Assembly: GCA_964019335.1 (NCBI GenBank)
Contig: OZ025720.1
Coordinates: forward strand, 124,001 to 188,000
Source of the DNA: Diplonema japonicum
Lineage: Eukaryota; Protista; Euglenozoa: Diplonemea
DNA: 64,000 bases
Direction: 5' to 3'
The notes under the pieces were generated by a model. That model was not told the origin of the DNA, did not search any database, and worked only from the letters and a program-made list of their open reading frames with translations. Below, one piece after another: positions 1 through 9,700 of the stretch. The translations under genes were made by a program, and so were the position numbers. Every line of letters begins with the position of its first letter. The stretch's first letter is position 1.

Positions 1-280
1 CCTTATTGTTGGACATCGGGCCCGTTTTTATTTGATACCCCCCCCCCCGTCCTTTTTTTGAGGTGTTCGGGGGGAGGGATCACAAAATAATGCTGGGGAA
101 ACAAAACAAAAAGAAAAAGAGCTTTATATCTTCTTTGGTTGTTAAGAATAAAGCCCTTTCTTCTTTTTCTTTTCCTTTTTTTTTTTTAGTCGTTATTTTT
201 TTTCTTCTTTTTTTTCTTTCGCGTCGGGGCCCCCTTTCTTTACAAGGATGCATCCAATGTATCCAGAAAGCCGTTAAAAT

Positions 281-318
<38 letters not shown>

Positions 319-434
319 CTTCTTATTCGTGTTACTATGTCAAACCCCTTTTTTCTTTTTCTTCTTCTTCTTCTTTTTTGTTTGCGGGTTTGCGGGCTTC
401 CTCAAAGAAAAAATGGGGAAAAAAGAGTGGATAA

Positions 435-633
435 AAAATATAAGAGATAAAGGAGGCCAATATTGGTGGCGCAGCTCAAATTCTGCGCTCGTGCAGTTTT
501 CTGCCTGTTCGTCACTCCGAGCATCTGCAATACGTTCTTCCACTTGGGCGCTACCGGTGATGACCGACGAGGAGGTCAACAGCGAACAACACATCTGATG
601 TACTTCTTATATTTCCATGTTATCCCCACCACC
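435..633. repeat. Dispersed ~300-bp repeat family, copy 1 (internally deleted)
   Basis: 480-633 is near-identical to 3229-3376 and 61106-61259, all ending ...atttccatgttatccccaccacc. 435-470 (aatataagagataa..gaggccaat.ttgg) matches 45267-45298. Confidence 0.9.
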
Positions 634-645
634 AAAAAGTTTGGA

Positions 646-758
646 GGATACAGCACCAGGGCTTCCCACGTGATCACTCACCGCAGTACTAACCTGGCCT
701 GCTGGTGCTTAACTTCCCAAATCAGGCGGGATGGGGTATTCAGAGTATGGCCGTATCC
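646..758 (-). rRNA. 5S rRNA-derived sequence, probably a pseudogene copy
   Basis: Reverse complement reads GGATACGGCCATAC...GAAGTTAAGC...GGCCAGGTTAGTACTGCGGTGAGTGATCACGTGGGAAGCCCTGGTGCTGTATCC. Terminal helix GGATACGGC/GCTGTATCC and box A/C-like motifs are present, followed by TTTTT. It is only 113 nt, with apparent small deletions in the helix II region. Confidence 0.9.
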
Positions 759-1206
759 ATTTAAAAAAAAAAAAAAAAAAGCAACAAAACCGGGTGGGAG
801 GAATCATAAGGAAGGCTTGGTCTCCACGCGCAATTTGGAAAACCCCACCCTAGCTCCAACTTTTTGCAAAATCTGCATTTTCTTGTGACGGGGGAAACGA
901 GAAGGGGGGGGGGGAAAGGGGATGAAGGGTGGTGCAGTTCGAACTTTCATTCAACGTTGGAGGGGAGAAGGGGAGGGAAACTTCGAGGTGTTACATTTCC
1001 TTTTTTTTTTTTTTTCGTACAATCCACTTCCCCACCCCCACCCCCAAGCAATGCCACCTACCCTTGGTGACCTTAAGGAGAAAAAAAAAAAAAAAAACAC
1101 GCAAGGGGAAACACAAAAAAAATATATGAGTGAAAGAAAGTTATTGACAAGACACCCTCCCAGCTCAAAAGATAAAACAAACAGTTTTCTAAAATCTGCG
1201 ACACCC

Positions 1207-2790
1207 CTACAGCTTGGCCTTGCGTGGTGCAACCTTCGGCTTGGGATGGACAAAGACGTTGTGCGTGAAGGTACCGTGGAAAGAGATGGGGATATGGATA
1301 CCAAGCTTGAGCCTGCAGATCGGGCCCTTAGAAAGGTCCTTTGCGTCGAGAATGGCGAATTCTGTCCTGTGTGCCTTGGGGATGTAGTGCTGCACGATGA
1401 TCCATCCGTCGTCTTCGTCTCCGTGTGTGGCTGAGGCCTCGCCTAGTCTAGGGATGAAGCAGGGCTCTCCTACGATACCTTCGCTGTGCCACTTCCCTGG
1501 CCTCTCGTTGTGAAGGTCGTTCTTCACGACGTCGCAGTAGGGAAGCGCCACCCCTACGGCACCCCCCATTAAGTAGAAGAACCTCGGCTCCTCCACCCCC
1601 GCCCTCACACAATGCCTGAATTGGTTCACAAACGGGAACTCACACCCTACCCTCTCCGTCTCTTTGATGACAACCCTCTTCATTGTCGGTTCCCCGCGGA
1701 GGTCCACCACGTACTGCTGCATCACCCCCGGAGCCTCACCTGTGTTCCCGAGGAATAGCTTATGCTGCCATTCCATCGTGAAGCCCGGTGGCAGGCAGCA
1801 TGCGTTGAACTTCAAGGATTGCCCGTCTGGTGTCTCGTACACGTTGCCGAAGTGGTAGATGTGGCAGGGCTCCGTTTCCAGTTGGATGATCCTGGGCGGG
1901 GCCGCACCCGCTTCTGTGGACTGCCTCCTCTCTACAAGTACCATCTTTGACGGGCACTCTGGGTAGTGGCGCAGCGACTCCCCTGGTGATGTCTTGCCCT
2001 TGATGATCGCATCGGTGAACTTCTTGGATGTGTTCACAAACGGCGACATGTGCAGCACGTACCAGTTAGGCGTCAACCCGAAGTCGTGTGCGTAGTTCAG
2101 CCCTGGCACCGACACCTTTGTCTTCCGCACCATGTTCCACGCCCTGTCGTACTCGTACAGTCGTACCTGCGGCTTCGTCTTCAGCATTTCCAGCCCTGCC
2201 TTGAAGGCCACTGTGCACAGCAGGTCTTGTTCCGCATCAAGCCTGAAGTGCGCAGAGAAGGTCCCGATGTCCAGCGTCCCGTTCAGACTGTCCCGCCCCA
2301 CAGTCTCGAGTGTCGCAGGGTCCAGGCAGTGAGGGAGCGCGTACTCATGGCAGGTCAGCACCTTGCCCCCCCAGTAGAACACGTTTGTGTGCGACGGGTC
2401 CCTGTACTTTGACAGCTTGCCCCCAGGGGGTGGGCGTGACCCCATCTGCCCTGGGAACAGCATCCTCCCTGCTTCCTTCTCCTTCTTGTGTGTGTAGGTC
2501 TCTACGTACTTGTTCCTGAAGTGCACCTTCCCGTTTGTGAAGCTCAGCGCGCACACCATGCCGTCACCGTCGATGGGGTGCTTCAGCGGTGTCCCGTGCA
2601 CCTCCGTCAGCCCAGGCCCGTTCCTCAGGAACGTTCCCATCAGTTCCGCAGGCACCTCTCCCTCGATCTCCCCCTTGCCTCCCTCGTCCCCGAACCAGAA
2701 CTCGTGCTCCTCTGTCTGGCTCTCCCAGCCCCTCGCGTAGTGCGGGAAGACATTCTCGATCTCATCCTTCGTGGGGCCTCTAATCGCCAT
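1207..2790 (-). CDS. Carotenoid oxygenase / RPE65-family dioxygenase with C-terminal PTS1 (AKL)
   Basis: 527 aa. Motifs EGEVPAELMGTFLRNGPG, HPIDGDG, EPCFIP and EDDGW; four iron-ligand His candidates (SAHF, YAHDF, YHFGN, FHGTF). Confidence 0.92.
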   Translation of the reverse strand: MAIRGPTKDEIENVFPHYARGWESQTEEHEFWFGDEGGKGEIEGEVPAELMGTFLRNGPGLTEVHGTPLKHPIDGDGMVCALSFTNGKVHFRNKYVETYTHKKEKEAGRMLFPGQMGSRPPPGGKLSKYRDPSHTNVFYWGGKVLTCHEYALPHCLDPATLETVGRDSLNGTLDIGTFSAHFRLDAEQDLLCTVAFKAGLEMLKTKPQVRLYEYDRAWNMVRKTKVSVPGLNYAHDFGLTPNWYVLHMSPFVNTSKKFTDAIIKGKTSPGESLRHYPECPSKMVLVERRQSTEAGAAPPRIIQLETEPCHIYHFGNVYETPDGQSLKFNACCLPPGFTMEWQHKLFLGNTGEAPGVMQQYVVDLRGEPTMKRVVIKETERVGCEFPFVNQFRHCVRAGVEEPRFFYLMGGAVGVALPYCDVVKNDLHNERPGKWHSEGIVGEPCFIPRLGEASATHGDEDDGWIIVQHYIPKAHRTEFAILDAKDLSKGPICRLKLGIHIPISFHGTFTHNVFVHPKPKVAPRKAKL

Positions 2791-3081
2791 TGTGTCCTTT
2801 TGTTCTTTTTCTTGCCTGTGCGGTTTGAGGATGGAAGAAATAAATGAAGAAAAAAAAACTTCTTCTGGCGCTTTTGTTTGTATATGCGCACTAGCGGGAC
2901 TTACAACCTCTAAAAAAAAGGCTCAAGGACAAATCCCAGGAGGACCGCCCTAAAAAAAAAAAAAAGAAGAAGAAAATAACACGGATTCTAAAATAAAATA
3001 AAAAAGTTACCCTCTACACGGGACCTCTAAAAAAAAAAAAAAAACCAAAAGAAACAAAAACTCGATGATTTAAAGGAAGCC

Positions 3082-3376
3082 GGTGGGGGCACCCTGCACA
3101 AGCACCATTTACTTGATTACAGGGGGCGCACCTCGGCCTAGCTGTAGCTTCTTCTGCGTTCCGCGTCGTGTCCTTAATGCGTGCGGTGTGCAGCTCAACC
3201 TCAGATGGGGCGCCCCGGGTAACCAAGATTCTGAGCCCGTGTAGTTTGCTGCCTGTTCGCCACCCAGAGCATCTGCTTCTTCCACTTGGGCGCTACCGGT
3301 GATGACCGACGAGGAGGTCAACAGCGAACAACACATCTGATGTACTTCTTTATATTTCCATGTTATCCCCACCACC
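3082..3376. repeat. Dispersed repeat family, copy 2
   Basis: Aligns over ~270 bp with 60990-61259. Its right end lies 13 bp from the stop codon of the gene at 3389. Confidence 0.9.
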
Positions 3377-3388
3377 TCAAAAATAAAT

Positions 3389-4645
3389 TCACGTATGCTG
3401 CAAAAGTCTGGAACGCCATTGTTTCAAACGTTCTTCTGTTTTTTGACGCTGCGCGGCATCACGGGCCCTACGAGGGGATGGGGTGGCAGGTCGATGCTGC
3501 TGCTGCTGCTGCTGCTGCTGTTGTTGGGGCATAAGATCTGCCAAGCTTATCCTAGACCGGACGACGACAGGAGAGGGCCGCGAGGCTGGGGTAGAAGACT
3601 TCAGGTGGTTGTTAATATTATAATACTGCTCCTCATCACGGCGGGCAATGCTACCACCGCCACCACCTGTGTGATGCGCAAGGGTAGCCTGCAACACTTG
3701 CTCCCGCTGCTTGATCATAGCGGTGGACGTGACCCGAACAGAGGCAAGCTGGAGCCCCGCAAGCCGAGAGTTGCATTCACTACTCAACAGCTTACGGGTG
3801 TACAGTTCAAGCGAAACAAATCGCTGCTGTTCCTCCACATCCTTCCTGGAATGGATTCTCTCAGAGTGCGCTTTGAACACATCCCTCTCAGCACGTGCTT
3901 TCGCAGCTTGAAATTCAATCTCGGCCAGCTCCGCGGTGAGGCTGGTAACCATATCACGAGATGATGCTGCTTGTTGAACCTCAACGGAAGCTGATTGTGT
4001 CAGGGATTCAATCTGCTGCCTAGCTTCAGGGGTTGTTTCCAGTTTGAAAAGACAGTTCCGTTCAAGCTTGACAGCAATCTCACAGAGAATGTCAAGCTCG
4101 TCGTGTATTTCACAGCCTGCTTGGTAGATACGGTGGGAAAGCTGCTCGATATGGTGAGGAGGAAGTGTTTTCGAAGCCTGGTTTATCCTTTTTAAAAAAA
4201 TCTTCCGCTGTCCGGCTTTATAGACGTCGCACGGTGCAAGGACAGAGGGCAAGGGTTCTACCGTTTCTGTTTCGTAGAAATCGCGAAGGAGAGAGTGGAG
4301 GTGGTACCGTTTGCTCCCTTCGCTGCATCTGCAGAGGAAGGGTTTCTCGTGGTCGCTCCGGAGGGAGAACATGACGCTGGTGTGGTCTGCTGCGTCCCAT
4401 GTGACTCTCTCTATGTCTCGGAGTTGGATTCTTTTGATCAGTTCCCACCCGTTTGTGTTGATGAGTAGGTATATCGCGTACCGCGTCATGGCCATGGAAA
4501 TCGCGGCCCCTCCTTCCCCCTCGCTCCACTGAATACTGTCTGACCATTCCACTGTAGACTCTCCCAAGTGGTACAATTGTTGGGAGACACCTTCTTCGTC
4601 GCCTAGATGCAATGTGTCGTGGCGGCTTGTTTTTAACATTGACAT
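3389..4645 (-). CDS. Hypothetical protein: PH/TH1-like N-terminal domain plus coiled coil and polyQ
   Basis: Long ORF. Likely start is MSMLKT after an A-tract. AMTRYAIYLL...LIKRIQLRDIERV resembles PH-like/myosin TH1 strands; the C-half is heptad-rich. Confidence 0.75.
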   Translation of the reverse strand: MSMLKTSRHDTLHLGDEEGVSQQLYHLGESTVEWSDSIQWSEGEGGAAISMAMTRYAIYLLINTNGWELIKRIQLRDIERVTWDAADHTSVMFSLRSDHEKPFLCRCSEGSKRYHLHSLLRDFYETETVEPLPSVLAPCDVYKAGQRKIFLKRINQASKTLPPHHIEQLSHRIYQAGCEIHDELDILCEIAVKLERNCLFKLETTPEARQQIESLTQSASVEVQQAASSRDMVTSLTAELAEIEFQAAKARAERDVFKAHSERIHSRKDVEEQQRFVSLELYTRKLLSSECNSRLAGLQLASVRVTSTAMIKQREQVLQATLAHHTGGGGGSIARRDEEQYYNINNHLKSSTPASRPSPVVVRSRISLADLMPQQQQQQQQQQHRPATPSPRRARDAAQRQKTEERLKQWRSRLLQHT

Positions 4646-5521
4646 TTTTCTTTTTTTTTTTTTTTTTTTTTTTTTTTCCCCTTTTGAGCAATACATGTAC
4701 ATATTTATAAGGAAGAAAATTGAAGGGAAAAAAAAATATAAAACAAAACAAAACAAAACAACAGGGACAATATAAAAAGAAAATGAAAAAAAAAACCATT
4801 CTTGTTCACAACAAAGATTGAGGTGGGGAGGGGGGGGGGGGGGGGGGAGAGAATAGTGAGAAAAAGGGGAGGGGGTAAAAAAAATGAAATATAAAAAAGG
4901 GTGCGGTGGTTTAGCCGGATGGGAAAGAATAGGGGGGAGGGGGGGAGGGGGTGAGAAAAAAAAACAAGAGGTCCTTTTTTTTGTTACGCCCCTTTTGTTT
5001 TTTTTTTCCCCCTCCTTTTTTTCTCGTTTTTTCCCCCCCCTTCACCCCTCTTTCTTTCGAGGAGGAAAAAAAAGGGTTTTTTTTTTTTGTAATTGCAAAT
5101 TGCTATTTCTTTTGTTGTTTGTACCCACACACCCTCATCATCTCTTTTTTTTTCCCCCCTTTCCTTTACTCTCTGTTTTCTTTCTTTTTTTCCTTCCCTC
5201 TTTCTTTCCCCCGTATCGTAGTGAGAGTGGGGGGGGGGGGGTTGGGAAGAACTAATATAAATTCATAGATACACCCCCCCCCCCCCTTTCCCTGTTTTTT
5301 TCCTCGTCTTCTCTTTTCTTTTGAGCATTTCTTTTTTTTTTTCTCTTTTTGCACCATTCGTGAGTACCAAACCTTTTTTTCGGGGGGGGGTGAATGTTGG
5401 GGAGTCAACGAGTTTTTATGCCACGACGTTGATCTTACTCTTTGAGTGAGCCAAAAAAAAAAAAAAAAAAAAAAAAAAAATAGGAGAGAGGAGTGTGAAA
5501 GAGAGGGTGGACGGGGATGAA

Positions 5522-5695
5522 CCCCTTATTCGAAAAACTGCTTTTCTTTTGAACAGGGCAGCTAGTATCCGAAAAGTTCTTTGCTCAGCAGACCACTACT
5601 TCCTGAAGAAGGAGAAGCTACAGGAAGAGCAAGCATATGGGTGGTTCCAAGCTAACCTGGCTTTCGGACAGTTCCACACTTTTACGAATAAAGGG
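5522..5695. mobile_element. Small MITE-like element
   Basis: Imperfect 16-bp inverted repeat: ccccttattcgaaaaa (5522-5537) versus ttttacgaataaaggg (5680-5695). Inner tccgaaa/tttcgga pair. Confidence 0.45.
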
Positions 5696-6758
5696 ACGTG
5701 GTAAGGGGGATGGGGAAAAAGAAAAAAAGAATGAACAAAAAAGGGTGGGGGGGATGCCGTGAGTTCCCCCGATTATTTCTGTTTTTTTTTTCTCTCTTTT
5801 TATTTCTTTTTTTTTTTTCCTCCAACCACCCTAAAGAGATATTTAAAAAAAAACCCCCCCCCCGCCTTATTATACCCGGGTTTATTAAGGCAGGGGGCCA
5901 CTACAAGAGTCAGTTCACTGTAGTCCCTCCTCTGGAGTCCACCAGACTTTTTTAGCAAAGTCGCACAAGAGGTGAGTCCGTTTTGGAACGTAGTGAACAC
6001 GGGTGGAGGTCTCCAGTGCTTCCTTGTGGGGGGTCAGCCCCGCCCCTTTGGCTTGTGCCACAATAGATCCTTGGGCAGACTTGTCCTGGGCTAGGGCACA
6101 GGGGACTCGGGCATACAAGGCGGCAAGTTAAAATTTGTCAAGGGGTCCAGGGGGGGGGGGGGGATTTTAACAAGAAAAAGTTTAAAGTAAACATGGGGGG
6201 AGGGGGATACTAAAGGGGGGCAAAAAAAATGGCAGGGGTAAAATAAACTATTGTGACTCAAAATTTTTTTTTTCCCCCCCCCACACAGAAATACGAAAAC
6301 TGAGGTTGGGCCGCTATACCCTGGGGAGGGGAAACATCACCACCACCCCATATTCAAGGTATTTCGCCCCCCCCCCCCCCCCCCCCTCTTTTTTCCCCCT
6401 TAGAGGCAGATACGATCTACTTTTCTTTTTTCTTTTCTCTTTTTTTTCCCTTTTTCTTTAAACGAGGATTAAGAAACAAGATCTGAGAGTTCCCCCTCCA
6501 GCCCTCTTGTTTTTTTTCATTTTCTTTTTTTTTTCTCCTTTTCTTTTTTTTTTTTTTCCTTTTTTTTTTTCTCTTTTCTCTTGTTATCGCAAACTCAGAC
6601 GACAAGAACTAACTGCCTGAAAATAGAGAAAGGGTATAAAAACAAAAAAAAAAAAAAAAAAAAAAAAGAACGGAAGAAAAAAAAAATTATACAAAAAAAA
6701 AAAAAAAAGAACACTCAAAAAAAAAAAATAAACCACCCCCACCCCCACCCCCAACCTT

Positions 6759-9700
6759 TCATTCCAACCTGCTGCTTGATTTTGTAGGAGTGAGCCGTAA
6801 ATTACTGGCAGAAGCCTCCAGCTTATCCCACGGAACAACGGACTTCCTCCGTTTTCCAGCAGTGGACGAGAGAGACGGATCGTCGATGGGGTACTCTATT
6901 TGGAGAAATGTGTGATTGACGTCGTTGCCACCCGACTGTTTGTCAGGCACGTGCACGGCTATGGAAGTAAACGGAGTGAAAATGGAAGGAGAAGCAGGAT
7001 CCGGAACGTCAGGAGGGGCTTCAGTTGCCTCAGTGTCCGCCTTAAGGTCCCGCCTCTTCATAACATGCCGATGCCAGGTGTTCAAAATCTTTCGAACGCA
7101 CCAAAAGTGCGCTGCTGTGAATGAGTCCTCACTAAGCCTCACAGGGCTTAAATGCGACAATTCAAAAGCTTGATCAAGATTGATCTCGAACACATGTCTC
7201 GCCAGAGCGTGCACCACATCAGTGTACTGGACCATTAAATTCACATCGACGGGAATATTCAGATTCTTGAGAAGTTTCAGCATAGCAGCGTCGGGTGTTG
7301 CAGAAAGCCCGATCGGAGGAGGAGTGTCTTGTAAAAGATCGATCAGCGTTTCCACTTTCAACAAATTGTTGTCATGTTCTTTGTCGAATGTGAGTGAGAG
7401 CCAGTCTCGTCTGAAATCCTTGAACGCCTGCACAAGCTGATCGTTTGAAAGTAGATCCTCCGCGTCTTGAAAAGCCTCAAGCACCACCGCCACGAACAGA
7501 TTCACCATTAAGAAAGACACCAATATCATGAACAGCAAGAAGTATAAAATGGCGCCGTCCGTCCCACATTTGCAATCACCGTAATTATCGTCGGGTGCGC
7601 AAACATTTGTACAAAAAGGTGGGCTCACCATACATCCGTTCATCACTTGAATCCACAGTTCGCCTGTAGAAATTTGAAACAGCAGCAAGGCAGCTTCGGC
7701 GAGGTTTCTAAAGTTCACGTAGCGGTTGAGGTATGGGTTCAGATCGATATCTAGACGGCCGAAGAGGTCGACCCCAGTCACACCGAACACGAAGAACACG
7801 CATAGAACTAATAGCCCGATATTGAATAATGGAGGCAACGCGTACAACAATGCGGAAAACATTTTGTTCAAACCCTTCGACATGTGGAACAACCGGAGGA
7901 CCCGCAGCATTCGAAGCACTCTAAACACCGTCAAACTCGCACCTACAACAAGCCCTGTGATGGAAATCCCCAACACAACGAAATCAAAACGGTTCCACGG
8001 GTCCTTAAAGTACCCCGCCACACCATACCCAATCATCTTCGCTCCGCACTCCAACACATATATCCCGACAAATATGTAATTGAGGATGGAAAACGTCAGC
8101 TTGTACACCGAAGATTCATCCGCGTGCTGCGTGCACAAAAGCAGTAAATTGCAGATGATAACGATGGCGATCGCCCATTCAAAGTGAATACCCTCAACGA
8201 CCGTATATACATGGCGACGCAAGGTTCCCTCGGGCAACGGGATGTAAGTAATGTCCGAGACAAGAAGTTGTTGCGAGCGAACCCATCTCTTCTGTTCATC
8301 GGTAAGGAACTGGTGCTGAACAATGTCGAATCGACGTAAATCTGTCTTCCACCCCGAGTACGCCTCATCTTCGTTTCCAAGCGACTGGACAAACCTCGCT
8401 TCATGATACGACGAGAACGACGAGATCAGTATCGATATTATTAGATTCAAGCACAGGAAGCTTGCGACGGCGATAAAAACGACGTAGAACAAAATGACCC
8501 ATTCGTTGTAATCCTTCACAGGCCCGGTGTCTCTGCCAGAAGCATCTACAGTTGAGAACATGATACCGACCCACTCTTCCCCGAGGCCCACTTTAAGCAA
8601 GGTCCAAATACTCTCGCCGATATTGTTGAAGTTCGCATCCAACGTCTTCCAGTCTCTGCTGACGTTGAAACCATTAGCATCGACAAAGGTCCCGGTGCAG
8701 TTCTCCTTGGCGGGTATGGTACTGTCATTGCACTGCACCATGACACCCTTGAAGAGCTGAACACCAAGGATGCCGAACAACACGAAGACGAATCCGCATA
8801 TTACCAAACCGTTCAAAACGGAGGGCATGGAACCCACGGCAGCGTACAGAACCACCTTTACGTTGGTGGAACGGATCGCAAGACGGAATACCCTAGCAGA
8901 TCTGAACAGCCTGAAAAACGGTACTATTAAACCAAGAATTGAAAAAACCGCTACGATCGCGTCTATTACGTTCCACATGTCTCGCAAGTAAGCGTGCGGC
9001 GTCTTCCACACACCAAACACAATGATTTTCATAAGCATTTCTATTACGAACAATGCTGTTACCGCGTATTCTGCGACGTCGAAGGCGAGCGACGCAGAGC
9101 TGTTCTTTCTCGTTGCGGAGTTGTCCACCGCCAGGAATAGCAGATTAACCGTGATGATCAGTATCATCACCACGTCGAAAATATCGGACAAAACAATGGG
9201 TGTGAGGGTTTTTCTTATAACGCCGTCCGAGGCGAAGATCTTGCAGGTTTTCTCGCCGAAATACGCGGTGTTGATCTGCGCTTTCTTCTGCGAAATCTGG
9301 TTTCCATCCTCGTCGCCTTCTTTGAAATGAAGCTCGCATATCGATCGTTTTCGAAGTTCTCTTGGTGACAAAGCCAGCCTTCTCGACTCGCTGTAGTTTG
9401 ATCTCGGCGATGCGGTGTCTTCGTCGTCCTCATCGTCCGTCGGCGTTTGTTCTGCGTTGGAGAAAAGCCGGGCTTGTTGTGCCGTGCTGAGCGACAGCAA
9501 CGCCGCTTCCTTTTCCTTGTGAAAATTGTCGATGATGATCGCGATGAACAGGTTCAGAATGATGTATCTCCCGATTATAAACAACGATATGAAATATATC
9601 GAAGCTGCCCAGCCTACGTTGGCCATTGTGTCTGTCATGATACGCGACCACCCTTCACCCGTGATCACCACGAAGACTGTAAGAAATGACCTCCACAGCG

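Noticed and set aside
555-605. Hammerhead ribozyme or SL RNA within the dispersed repeat
   Set aside because: No CUGANGA...GAAA core in the right arrangement, and no SL exon match.
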